From assembly GCA_036172245.1 (NCBI GenBank), contig JAYWIR010000080.1, forward strand, positions 248,001 through 312,000: a DNA stretch of 64,000 bases. Reading direction: 5' to 3'. The notes under the pieces were generated by a model. That model ran no database searches and was not told the origin of the DNA. It saw nothing but the letters and a program-made list of their open reading frames with translations. Shown piece after piece: positions 34,920-54,394 of the stretch. Positions within the stretch are counted from its first letter, which is position 1, and each line of letters begins with the position of its first letter. The position numbers were made by a program, and so were the translations under genes. The DNA is from Raillietiella orientalis. Lineage: Eukaryota.

Positions 34920-35600
34920 TGTCGATGCTTCCACACGATTCTTTTAAAGGCCCGAGAGTTGCTTAAGAGCATTTTTGCGTGGACACAGCGCCTGAGCAAG
35001 TCAGGTGACCGCTTGTGTATAGATTGATTCTCAGGATATTCGATTGCTGGCTCTACTTCTTTCGCGTGCAGATCTTCACTCTTGCAGTTCCCTGCCTTCT
35101 TCCTAGCCTTTTCTGTTTTCTGCGCCGAAACTTTGCCTCGCAGAGGAAGAGTTAAGAGCTTCCCTCTCCCCATCTGCACAAAGTTGATGGAATGGTTCTA
35201 ATCTTGCCACACAGGTTTAGGAACAGAAAACTGTTGGATTGTCTTCAAGGACCCGAGGTTTGTTTCCTCTGGGATTGAATTTGATAACTCCATGCAAGTA
35301 AGCTATCCACTGATCCTCGCTACAGAATCCTGAAATAAAAGGGCATCAGGAGTCCACATCGAGACCTCGCCTCTAAAATCTTCAGTTACCAATATGGATC
35401 AGGCCGAGAGCACCAGCCATGCGGCACAAAAGTACTAAACCTTGAAAAGCGCTTTAAGTATTCCTAAAGAGTTTTTCAAGGACAGCGACAGGCATTTCTA
35501 AAATCAGTACCTGTGGCTTGAGTTTTAGAAACATATTCCAGGGAGAATTCGTAAAGTTTCGAATTATAGCTGCCGTAGAAAGCGAGACCTGCTGATCCTG
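34920..35600 (-). mobile_element. Degraded Mutator-like (MULE) transposase remnant
   Basis: Ordered minus-strand motifs: FYG/AIIRN..S...M (~YYGxAIRxN), HQLCADGE (~HxxCPxG) and PDLLRRCVHAK..SN...F..IVW (~LLxRCLHGxTQNxNESxNxxIW). Frameshifted. Confidence 0.5.
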
Positions 35601-37049
35601 ACCAAAAGCGCAAAGGGATCGCTCCAGAAGAAGGAAAATGATACACATTCCTTCCAGGAAGCACGGAACTATATCCCCATTCCCTATTGCCTCTTCAAAA
35701 GAAGAAAAATGGTTAATACTTTTGTTAACACATGATGGACAGTGTTTATCGGAAAGGATGAGGAATAAGGCCGACTAGCATGTGCGAAGGCGTCATCTGC
35801 GTGACGTCATCTTCCTTTCTTACCTCATCCCATTTGAATTCAAGAACTGATTCTCGTGCACGACCGGGCAGTGATCTCAGGGTGAGTAGTGCGGGAATTT
35901 TCCTGGATTGGAAACTCCTGAGGAACCAGGGATCGCGGGGAACGGGAACCACTTCCGTTTGTGGGTCCTGAATTCTTTCAAGTGTTTTTACTATTTTCCC
36001 GAGGGAATGCGTAGTGTCTGTCTGTTTTGTTTTGTTCCAATACTTAAGCTTGCAGGATGCAAAACAGTTAGGCGATATGTCTCCCTGGGAGACGTGGGTA
36101 ACTCGTCCAAGAGAACTGCTAGATCACGCTGTGCAATAATTTGCTCAAAGGAAGTCATTCGCTAGGCATGGGTGGTAAGATCACAAAGCAGGTCAGAGGT
36201 GATCGCTATCCCTTGTCCTATGATGGCTGCCTTCTAGGAGCACAGACCCTGAGGCAAACTGCGTTCTCCTAACCAATCTCGAACCTCGAAGAGCAGGTGC
36301 TGTTGTCCCATGGATGGCCGTCTCCTCGCCAGGTTCGCCAGGGGAATTCCTACCGGTCGCGAGGAGAGAACCCAGAAGGCTGGCAAAAGTCTCGAGAAAG
36401 ATGGCTCAGCGCTGGAAAAGAACGAAGGGTCGAGAATGGTGGACCAAGGAGGGCAGAAGACCTGTCCAGAACCACAACAGATTCCCGCATGTTACCGAAA
36501 AGGACCCTGAATAGATGCAGAGTGAGGGCTGATACTCGGATGTCAGTGACAGCAGCTCGCCCTACCGTGACAATCGAGAGCGAATCCCTGATCCCCGATT
36601 CGATCTTTCTGGCTGCTTTCCGTTCCCATCCTCCTTAGGGTTTTGCTTATCTTGTGTGTCGAACTGCCACGCTAGTGTATACAAACAGTTCACTAGCGCC
36701 AGAGCGTCACACGACAGAGGATTCTGGGTGGTAAACACCAAGTCGATAGAGGCTTCCAGACGCAGGAGCTGTATCGTTTACGTGATCGGAGACTGTGATT
36801 TATTAGAGCCATCTCTCTGTCCATGCGGGTGACTGCGTCACACAAAAAAGTGCATTTCGGAATCTTCTTGCAGACATGCAGGGGTGTTTGCTAGCTTTCA
36901 GAGGCTTCGTGAAATTCGAAAGGGGGCTGGAGGAAACCAAACATGCGAACAAAAAAGGAACAGTAAACAACGGGAACAAAAACCCAAAAATTCTCGATTC
37001 CGTGGTATTTCCTTTCCTGACAGGGATCGCAGGTGGTTTGCGAACTTCA

Positions 37050-37820
37050 CAGACTCGATCAAACCCCATGTCAGTACGAATCGCACCCATTAGAAGCTGT
37101 GCTGACCTCATGGTGCATTTTGTCGAGTGCCCATTGCCAACCACTCCACGTTCAACTCCCAAGTCATTAACCATCGTCGCGATGGGGTAGGGAACAAACT
37201 GAAAAGGATGACAGCTGAACAAGGAAAGATAATTGCTTCCAATGGACTTGTTCCCGGAGCAGCTTCCAGCATACCTCAGGATCTTGTCTTCGGAGGAAGC
37301 AAATGGATGATCGTACTCGACATTTCCTGCTCCTTATGAGAGCACTTCTTCGCCCCTGGGAGACTTCAAAAAGAGAAAAGAGGGTAAATCCTGGCATTTC
37401 AGCACTTCTCCAATAAGGGAATGCCTGCATTAGTACGAGCCACTGCTATGGAAGCACTCCGTGCTGGGACCGAGTCAATGACAAAGTGCTGAAAGACCTG
37501 AAGATCTAAAAAAGATGAACCAAATCAGGAAATGACAAGGTCCTGGAAGACCTGAAGGTCTAAAGGAGACGTACCTAGTACATCAAAAAGAAAATGATAT
37601 GAAGCAAGCTACAACATTCCTGGAAGATGCACTGAAACCATTCGGGAACAAAAATAAGCAACTTACAAACAGGAAAACACGGATCTACTTCTAGATTTTA
37701 CTTCTAGTAAAATCTCAAGATTGTAGGAGCTGCAAGAACTGTGGATAACTCCCATAGCATCCTGTATACCTTCACAAAATGTTCCTCTGTAAACCGGAAT
37801 ATCTTGCCAATGAAGAAGTG
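37050..37820 (-). mobile_element. Degraded gypsy/Ty3 pol fragments
   Basis: FRFTEEH...LAAPTILRFY resembles the RT-RNaseH linker. It is followed by SAQLLMGAIRT, resembling the integrase SPAQLLMGRxxRT motif. Confidence 0.35.
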
Positions 37821-39184
37821 TTGTCCACTCATCTCCCCCTGCTGAGAGAATCCCATTGTCCCGCTTGCTCTAAAGCGGATGACTAGTAAGATTTCAAAAG
37901 ACTGCACCTGTCAGCGTCTCGTGACGCAGTCCTCTCACTGCAAGAAGATATGGGATGACAGTTCGATCTTCTTGCAGGCATCAGCCCCACGCCCACTGCA
38001 TCTTGGAGATAGCGACCATCTGCCACGCGCAGCCTGGTACGGCCGGGAAAGGGAGTCACCACCGAGAATCCGATGCACGAATCCAGAAGGGGGAGATCAC
38101 AAATAGGGTTCGCTCACCACTCCTCCATCCGTCACCAGAGGCAAGGTGGCAACCAAGAAGAGGAAGAGCATCCGCTTCCTCTCTGCCCCCGAGGGAGGCC
38201 TCCTGGAATCAGGAGGAGCAATGTTTTCCCTCTCCCTCTTCCGTGCATGCGTTCGCCTCTCGCTTCGTGGGAGCACTTTGGGTGCTGCGCAGGCTCCGTT
38301 TGGTTGCATGGCATCTCAGAAAAGCCTTTTTGCAGCTGCTGCTTCTCAGGTCTACCTGGAATCGTGCTCGGTGGTCCTTCTTGCTTCCCGGATTCGTCGC
38401 TCTTGTAGGTCCCAAGGAGAGAGAGATGAGAAGAACCTGTGGCCCACGGCCCAAGCCAAATTTCTGGAAACAGGGCGCCTGAGGACCCACAGGAGGTCCC
38501 TAGCTGGGAAGTCGTCCCTCGCGAATGCTTGCCCCGAGAGATCCTCAGAATATCCCCCGTTGCCTGCTGGTGACGCTGGGTATATTGGACGCGAAGGATG
38601 CGTGCCTTCCGCATCTGTCAGGTTCTTCGAATGGTCCGCAGACTCCTTCCCCTGAGAGACGCGCGTTCGTCTTTGAAAGGGAGGAGGACGCGGTGCTCTG
38701 AGCAAGGAGAAGCTGGCACTCTCCGGGCATGGGACTTCGAGTGTTGGAAAAGAGGCGAGGGATGTGGGGGGAAGATCCTTTTTCCTTCAGCAGACGTTGA
38801 AGGACCGCGGCGTCCCAGTCTTCGGTCTCCTTGGTCGGCAGGAGAGCCGCGAGCACGCGAAAAGGGCGTGGCCGGACATGCAGGGCTCCGCCGCATGACC
38901 TGCTCGTTACTCTTTTCGGACTCCCCCAGAACTGAACCCTCATTTTCCGCCTCCATTTCACCCTCTACCCTTACGAATTATCCTTTCTCCTCCCTCCTCC
39001 GTTTCCGTTTCGGGAAGACCCTGCACTAAGTCAGCAGAGTCACACCAGGAAGGGAAGCATTCTTGATGAATCAAGGGGAGCACCCATGGAACCTTCAGTG
39101 CCCAAGTTGACTACTGCTACTAATGATGGTGCAGGAATACCAGTACAACAAACGTCTTTGCAAATTTTTTAAACTTCCGCAACT

Positions 39185-39464
39185 TTGAACTATCCAGATG
39201 ACTCGAAGATTTCGTATCATTCAACAGCAATTTGGAGAAAAAAGTCTTTTTCTTTGTATAAAACATTACAGGTTTATGCAAAGTTATCAAAAATTCGTCT
39301 CACAAGTTTTGTGGTGCTTACCGGGATGGCTGGATTCGTTTTATGCCCCAGTACCATTGATGCTAGTCATTTGTCCACTTGAAGCTTTGTGTTTTGGAGC
39401 TACCACGGGAATATTAGGAGTATATATTCTGTTCCAAGGTGTGAATACATTGTGTGGAATTTTA
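39185..39464 (+). pseudogene. COX10: COX10 (heme O synthase) pseudogene fragment with internal deletion and frameshift
   Basis: YAKLSKIRLTSFVVLTGMAGFVLCP is joined, via a frameshift near 39365-39378, to PLEALCFGATTGILGVYILFQGVNTLCGIL. The intervening NQxxExxxDxxMxRTxxRPL motif is missing. There is no intact start or end. Confidence 0.75.
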
Positions 39465-42400
39465 TGCAGGAGGCCCTCTCCGCCTGCTCGGCAGGAAGGC
39501 CATGTGAGCAATGCGCCTTCTGCGAAACAGCCACGATCGGCAACGAGCTCAAGAGATGGATGATAACAAAGATGAAATTCACTTTCTGGGCTGGAACAAA
39601 AGGGAGCGAAAAGGGTCGAAAGGAGGAGTCGGTGGCGCTCCTTGCGGGACTGGAGGAGACTCGTCAGACTTGGTCCACGGCGCTCTCGCTGTCTCGCTGC
39701 AGTGACGGATCATGCGACGCCGTCCGTGGAATCAGACATCGAGAAGGAAAGGTCACTGTGGCCTCACCTTGCCCTTTCTCCTGCTCCCACGCGATGAAAG
39801 CCATCCTGGAACGATGTGCTGCGTCGTGAACACAGGAGTGTTCCCCTTGAATTGGAAGCAGTATGTCTTGAGGTATCCGCACTGGAGGTTCCAGTGCAAC
39901 CAGCGCAGAAACCTGTTTCCGGGGAGTTGCGTCTCCAAACTGCTCAAAATGTGGGGCGATGGGATCGTTCCCGCACCTTTTCTTCGACTTCAGAATCCTC
40001 CGGGAACTTTGGCGGAGGTTGGCTTCCTGGAAATCTTGAGCACTTTGGGCACTGCCAAGGAATTGTTGCGACGGTTCTTCACCAGAGGTGGAGTCACGCA
40101 CGACAGGTGCCGCGATTGTGACGATGTGCCGCAGCTCCGCCATCGTTTCAGCCCACCATTTGCTGCAGCCTCGGGCGTTCCTCCTTCACCGCTTGGGCCA
40201 CGTACATGAGGGAGGGTGCGCAGTGGTCTCTGGAGAGGAAGAAGTCTGGTCGAAGATCGTCGGCATTCTTCCTCCTTACTGACCAATAAGAAGAGACTCA
40301 AACCAAAGTCCCCTGTCCCTACCCTCCCTTTACTGATTTATTTATTGTTCCCTTCCCTTCCGCTTCGAACTGCCACAGCAAACGATATCGTATGTGCTTA
40401 GTTCCTCCTGGAGGACGGTTGATGGCACTTTCCAGACGACCAAATGTGTGTGTGCTTCCTGTTGCCAACGACCCAGGAGCGCCCGAAAGAGTAGCCACCC
40501 TAGGGGTTGGTCATCGGACAAGACCACTTCCAAAGCATGCACAGCGAGAAGAGCGCATGTGGTGCGGTGCCATCCGATGGGCAAAGTAAACCGCGGAGGG
40601 GTTAAGATGGAGCGCAAACTGGGCATGGGAGGAAACGGGAGTCCTCTCCTTTTGGTAAATAGAAACAAATCTACTCCCAGAAACTGCAGGACAAGTATCG
40701 TGTGCTAAAGACTAAATCTCACAGCGGCGGAGAAACCATCTGAAGATGCTTTGGTGAGATAAAAGTCAGCAGTCAACCTTACCTCAGTTGCAATGAGACG
40801 AGAAGCCCTCGAGCAACATCATGAGATAGACAGATTGGATCAGGTCTGAGGGAGATTGAAAGGATGCCGGGGAGTTGGACACGAAGACTTCATGCACCTG
40901 CTACGCTTAGTGTTGGAAACTTTGCAGAACAGTCAGCACGAGTGCTTGCATTGATCATCACCTTAGGCATCGTCATCCGGACAGCGAAAAGCTAGAGTCT
41001 GCGGAAGCTGCTGGAAGAATCTTCGTCCTTCTTAAATTTTGATGACACTTAAAAAGAAGGTGCATTCATCTTTTCTCGACTCTCTGATGTCTCATTTGTT
41101 TGCGAACACCCTGCGTTGCCTAAGGTCATGGATACGACGCAAGCATTACATAAGGGTGTACACGATGGTTGTAGGAGCGCTTCCCTGAGTAGACAGCTGC
41201 AAGCGAGCATTCTCTTTCTGCAGGAAGTATAGATCTGACTGTTCCTTCAGAAGAGAAGAATGTGGACGCATGATGATAAACGAGAGCTAAGTCAGGTTAT
41301 TCACATTGAATGTAGACAGCCATAGACACGTAAGTCTCCTCATTCGATGATGGCAACAGGGCGAAGAGTTGAGCAATCTTGGAAGGATGCGTTCCGGAAG
41401 CTCCATGATATCAAACTCAAGCTATTCACACTTGGGAGTTGCTTACCACAGTGTGTTCAGAGCTGGCAAAGCGTGTCGATCCTGTAACGGAGAGGAAAGA
41501 GAAAGGAGAGAGGTAGAGAAAGGGCACATCTATAACAACGATTTCGTGGTTATGTAAAGCTCGTAGACAAGCACCAGATGGGCTACTGCCCATCTGTTAA
41601 CTTACAGCCTTGTGAAGAGGAGTATCTGATGTGTGAGACACTTTAGCATAAAAGAAAGCTCAGAGGGTAATATGTGGACGCTGCTGGCATCCAATTGCCG
41701 AGGGCAGTGAAAGCTACAAAAGGAGGAGCCAATCCACACACGCCACGGTATTTCAAAGGCTCTGGGATCCTAAATCGAGCTTGTTTCAAGTTTCAAAGCT
41801 TGGACAACTTCCGTCAAGAGCAGCACTGTGTTTTACGTTTACGTTCACGACGAAGTGTGCTGTGCTAATCTTACCAATTGTCTCTGAGAGCATCGAACGC
41901 CTACAAGGGTGCCAGATAACCCGAACAAGGGGTTGAATCGTAACTTCCTGGTTTTCCATCGACTGTGATCTCTTACTTTCGACATGCGCACAGGAGATGG
42001 GCGTCTTGCTTGAGGGAAGCAGAGATGTGTATGCAAGGGAGCGGTAAAGAAGTTCTTTGCCATGAACACATTTATTCTTACAAAACGAACATTATAAAAA
42101 TAGGATTTCTGACTAGTGAAAGGTCGCCAACGGAGCAATGATGCGAAGAGTTTTCCTCGCACGCCATTCCGACGAACAAAGACTCGAAACTGCGATCTCA
42201 GAGGGAAGAAAGCTTTCAAAGAAGCGGTATCCAGTAGAAAGCGATGGGGATCTGCTTTTGGGTCCAGGATCGATCATGGTGGTAACCAGCGGCAGCACTT
42301 CAGAAAACGTGCCCACTCGAAGGGAGGTATATGGGAGCAACGGGAAGGGAATGGCAAGACGAGAAGTGAAGAACGGTTACTGTTGGAAACCATGCTGCGG

Positions 42401-42621
42401 ATAGTAGTTGATTTTTTTTCTCCCGATTACTTACTTCTGTTTCTTCCGAAGGAAGTCGACATCACATCAGCCACTGAGTTAGAAGGTGGACCCAATATCG
42501 GACTATTCTCCATCCACGATGCATCCTAGTGCAACAATCAAAATGATGATCTTCATGTTGCAAACCTGGAAATCTGATGCACTGCAAATCAAGTGCCTCC
42601 GGTCTGAGTTGATCAAGCTCA

Positions 42622-49213
<6,592 letters not shown>

Positions 49214-52094
49214 CTGGAAGACGAGAGGGTGAAGAGATGGGTTGCGGCAGCGGGTGAGTGGGACGCGGGCGACGGGCCCCATTCCGTGCTCACTCCGAGA
49301 CTTGGGGAGGCACAGCCCACCCACTCCACCTCCTCGTGCGGAGCTGCTTCTCCCCGGTCTTCCGATTCCGAGCCCCACGGACCGATCGCCCCTCCCATCC
49401 TCCCGGGAGAACGGCAGCCTACTTTTCTCCTGGGGGACCGTTTCGCTCTCCCGCATCTCCGGACGGAGGGCGCGGGGCCGTTCGAGGTCACGCGGTTCGA
49501 GGACGCTGCTCTGCGACGACCTGAAACAGGACGCGCTTCCCACCCCCCGCCCTTTCCAGCCGGTCGGCGAGCTGCCTCGCCTCGAGTATTTCCTCCAGGA
49601 CTCTTGGAACTTCCTGCCTGCAGGAGGGACTTTCTCGCCGCTTCCGACGCTCGGCAGCCTCCCCGCCAGCGACCGCGCGGACGAGGAGTTCGCTCGTCGT
49701 TGTTCGGAGGTTTTCAGAGGCGCAGGGAAGAGGAGGGAGGGAATCCCCTCTTTTCTGCGCTCCCGGGAGGCGACTAGCAGACGACCCCCTTTGGGGACCC
49801 CGTGGGCGAGCAAGGAGAGCAGAGGCGAAGCCGGAGAGCTGCTCTCCCCTCCTCTTCCTCTCCCTCTTCGGGAAGAAGGAGAGGAGGAGAGAGGAAAAGA
49901 GAGGGTTGCCCGGCAACGCTCCGCATCTGAATGAGGCAGCATTTCCGCGGTGGAAAGAGCGAGGGAGGGAGAGGAAGGAGGAAGGAAAAGTCGAAACTTC
50001 CTTCCCAGAGGATCGCGGCCCGTCTCAGCGAAGAGGGGGGCGGGAAGCGCAGGCACCGCCCTCCTCGGAGGGGGTGTGGGTGGTCACGCCGTGCGATCCC
50101 CCGCGCGCGCTGGATGGGAGGCACGGCCCTCGATTCCGCGCGTGGACGCAGCCTGCGGAGCTGACTGACCCTGTCCTCGTTCCACGGAACCCAATGGGAG
50201 GGAGGCGGGGAAGAAAAGAACAAAAACGGGACGGGAAAAGCGACCGGAAGTGTCACTCGTGAAAACGTAGCCAGGCACCGGGAGTACCGGATGTCACAGA
50301 GGCGGGGGAGGGGCGATGCGAACGCGATGGAAGGGGGGGGGGGAGGGAGAGCGCCGTCCTCTCTGCCCTTCCCCTGCTCCACGGCGCGACCGCCCCGATG
50401 GCGGCGGCGGAGGGCGGTCCCTCCCAGCAGAGTGGCGACCCCCTGGCGAGGTTGTGTGCGCGCCGCCGCCGTGCCACTTCCTCACACTGCACCCGTGCAG
50501 TCCGAGGCTCGCGAGCGCCACGGCTGCTGTCCCGAAGTGGCGAGCCTCCGCTCCTGGTCACCTCCCACGCCTCCGGCCCGCCTAGCTGTCCCGGTGGACG
50601 TCTCCTCGAGCGGGTGGTCCTCAGCCGACCTCAGTGGCCTGCGAGCGCCGCTCGGAGGCGGCAGAGCATCTCAAGCGGCGCCTCCGGCAGCATCCCCGAG
50701 CCGCTTCGGGAATGGCCGGAGCGCTCCTCCTCCCCGGGAGCGAAGAGGAGGAGGAGGCGACCCTCGCCCGTCCCCTCGCGGCGGCGAGGACGGGCAGAGG
50801 ATGCGGGGGGGCGCGGGGGGGGGGGGCAAAAGAGACGCCAAGTCACGAGCGACGACGAACCGACAGTGGCCTTGCCTGGTGGCTCTCTCGCTCTGCGGTT
50901 CGAGTTGACCTTAAGGGGCGCCTCCCGAAAGACGTAGCCCCGAGCGTCGCTTCTCTCGCGGGAGGCGCGTCCTCGCGTTCTCCGCTCGCGGCTTCCTGAG
51001 GCTCCCACCGGCGCTTTCACTCCTGGCGAGACGCCCGCCCCCAGGCAGACCTCCGAAAGTCCTCCGCCAGGAAAGCAGGCGTGGGCGTCCGCCCCGCGCG
51101 CGCCTTGACGGACACCCAGCGCCCGAGCGCCGTCGTTACCGGGAGCAAACGCTCGTCCCGCACACAGCCGCCGCTGCGAGCGCGCGCACTCCTCCTCCGC
51201 CTCCCTTCTCTCGCACGAAAACGGAACAGCGGGAGATTTTTTTGCCAGGCGCCGCGCGGATGCGATAGGTGATGGGAGCCCGCGAAGAGCTGAGGAGAGC
51301 CACGTGACCCAAGGCCGCGCAAACAGGAACTTGACGCGAGCGGCAGCCCGGCGCAGCGGGGAAAGGCAGGAACGAATTCCGGTGCATGCAGACACGAATT
51401 TAGCCCGCCTCTTCCGACGAGTTTCCACCTGCTCCTACTCTGACCTCGAATTTCGACCTCCTCTTCCGACCACGAATTCGATCCGGAAACGGCGTATGGG
51501 CGACATGACCACGACTTACGAATGCCATGTGAGGTTATTTCGCAATGACTGGCGTGTGTTTGTTACCATGGAAATCATTAATAATATACCCCAGAGCATT
51601 TTTAGTAAATTATAATGACCGCGAAGTTACTATAACGTGCTCATTCCAATTGATTGTGATTAGCACTATGGAGTAATGAGCATATTGAGCTTAAAATCGC
51701 AGCGCACTCTTAAACGCCACGGTACCATGGAAACAGACAACGTGGAAACAAACACCGAGGTACCACGGAAACAGGCAGCCTGTTCACATACAGTACGTTC
51801 GCAAACATCATGTTACACTGCGCAGTCTTGGTATACAGATCCGACTGTAACAGTGCCCCATTACAGGGAACCCGGTTTCCGGGTGTGCTAAAGGGACAAC
51901 GTGCTGCAATTCATCTGCCTCGCTCAACTGCATGTGGCCATGTCTTTGGCGCGGTGCATGGGAGTCCGATTGTACGGGAGGGCAGAGGAATCCATTGCGC
52001 CACTGGCGCAAAGGCAATCCGTACTCCGCGGAGGAGCTTGCATTTATCTTTCCCCATCAACGGGATGTCGCAAGGGTGTAGCATCTTGCGAGCC

Positions 52095-52097
<3 letters not shown>

Positions 52098-52131
<34 letters not shown>
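52098..52131. repeat. (CT)n microsatellite
   Basis: Direct observation. Confidence 0.95.
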
Positions 52132-52136
<5 letters not shown>

Positions 52137-53609
52137 GCTTCCTGTTTACAGAACAAACTCTCCACTCTTCCGAAGCAGGGTTCTCCATCTGCTTTGGAAG
52201 AGTGGGAAGTGTTTCACGCTCGCATCTGGAAATGGCGCGTTCGAAAGATACAAGTGGCCTTCATTTTCCCGGGTGATCGGGAGTCGACTCGCAGACAGGA
52301 TAAGCGAACAAGCAAAATCGCATATGAGTGCGGATTCGGAACATCAACGCCATGCCTGAGGCACCACAGAAGAATGAGATGACTGCCTGTCAAAAAGTCG
52401 CCTCCGGATACTTCGCTCCTAAAAATAAAAGTAAATGGCGGGATCGGGAAGAAATTTTACAGTTCTGTCGGTTCGGCTAGTCGGCTCACCCCATCTGTCA
52501 GGACCGTCGTGTTCTTGAAAAGACGTTTTCGTCGTTTTCTTCAAAAAGCTTTCCGTTGAACAGAAAATCCAGTGGCAGTACCAGAACCCGAAGTCAGTGC
52601 AGACCGTCCGTTAAAAACCCAAAGTTCGCCGCTTCACAGATGATCGTGAACACGGGAAAAAACTGATCAGCTGAAGCGCGCAGGGCTCACCCCCTTCCTG
52701 ACGAAGATCAGAACCTCTTCTCGGTACGGAGGGCCGAAATGCGTTCGTTCACAAAAAGCGGAACTTAACTTGATGCCCAGCGATCCCTAGTCTCCGTGTC
52801 GTGAAACTGGGCTCCCGGTCATGTAGAGAGAGACAAGGTCACGATCACAGCAGCCAAGATACAATCCGCGATTCCTGCTATAATAAGAAAAAATGATGGA
52901 CTACCTTGACTGCTTAGCCTTTCAAAAAAAAAAAAAAAGAAACCTCTGCCTACCGCGGACGAAATAAACACGTTTTTATGGTTGCCAGGAAACCCATCCC
53001 CCCCAACCTGAAAATGGCATTCTTCCTCCTGAAAATCACTCTCCGATCCTGGAGCACACAAAATCTTTTGGGAAACGATAGCGATTTCACAATGCGACAC
53101 CTGTGAGGCACTAGAGTCCATGAAGACAAATGCCTCCACAGAAATGGCTTCTCAAGCACTTCGGTGGACCACGTCCAGAAGGCAGCCTCGAGTGCCTAGA
53201 GGAAGGCCCAACGATAGATGATTTCCCTAGAGCGGAAAAGTGCATCACTTTAGAATGTGCCTGCAGACAAGACCGGAAAAAATGACAGAAATGGGGAAGA
53301 GCAACGCTGTCTTCTTGCCTAGAACTCCTGAATGTGTTCTGCAGAATTTTACGGTTGCCATTCTGAGCATCTTCGTTGTCGAATTCTGGATTAGAGGCTG
53401 TCAAAGAGGAAAAAAAAAAAATTTTTAGCAAGAAAGCCGCTCAATGAATTGCTCTCGATACAGCATTTCCCTCAGCCAAGATACTCTCCCCAACGAGATG
53501 CAACTTGGGCATATGAATGATCTCATGCCTTGTTTCTATAAGCGTGAGGTTTCCCGCGTGGGTCTCCATCTTTTCCCAAGGATTTCTGTCACCCGGAAAC
53601 AAAATCAAA

Positions 53610-53920
53610 CCTTATTCCGTCCCCTGCGCTTTGTGGTCTGTCGAGAGCCAAGCGTGCACCGCCTCGATAACCTCGCCGCCATCCTCTTCGTCCATAAATG
53701 GCATCCTTCAAGGATGTGTGAGAACTCGTGAGAACGAGCATAAGTTCGGACGCAGCGAAAAATGCATGATGAAAGCCATCCTTTCACGACGATGCGAGAC
53801 CGAACACCCCAAATTTCACGGAGAAGGCACCATCAAATGGTTACACGGAACCGTGGTCGCTCATCCACCTTGAAAGTCCGGATTTGGGTCCATCGGTCCA
53901 CCTGCACCCTTTCGCCCGAT
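53610..53920. mobile_element. Degraded, rearranged mariner (DD34D) transposase remnant
   Basis: The + strand at 53785-53920 reads HDDARPNT...TVVAHPP*SPDLGPS (~HDNARPH...HPPYSPDLAPSD). The - strand at 53713-53610 reads LKDAIYGRR / EVIEAVHAWL...GI (mariner C-terminus). Confidence 0.65.
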
Positions 53921-54015
53921 AAGGGATTGATTTTTTATTTAAACTGAAGCATGGCTTACTCCCTCTATTCGAAATCCTGTGTCAATGCCAGGTGTTACAT
54001 CAAAGTTTCGATTAA

Positions 54016-54394
54016 CCCTTTGGGTGCTACGGACGCACCAATGCGTTCGGCGAAAATTATGGGCGTGGAGCGTGGGCTCACATATGTGTTTGGCGAATGT
54101 TTTTACCTTGTACATTAATACTATCAATGTTTTGAGATGGACGTACACACTCACGTTCTTATAATTACCTTAGCAGTAAACAGAACACCATTTATATCGG
54201 CTGAGTATTTTCGGTTTTTCAGAGAGTCACTTTTCCGTGTAAATAAAATAAATAAACAATTACAACAGTAACTTTAAATCAGCACTTTATGTAGTCGATG
54301 GGTACCTCGATGGAGCACGCGGTACGCGAAAAAGCGTTCCGTCCAACTCGCGTGCTGGTTGTTTACATCGGATCAGTGCTCCGCACTCAAGGGG
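54016..54394 (+). mobile_element. piggyBac-type MITE, internally deleted copy 3
   Basis: TTAA at 54012-54015 and 54395-54398; termini CCCTTTGGGTGC ... GCACTCAAGGGG. It lacks the central acidic-ORF segment seen in copies 1 and 2. Confidence 0.88.

Noticed and set aside
42113..42565. Exact 3' exon structure of gol
   Set aside because: Several acceptors (42565, 42525, ~42394) give different low-complexity tails, and I cannot choose between them without transcripts.
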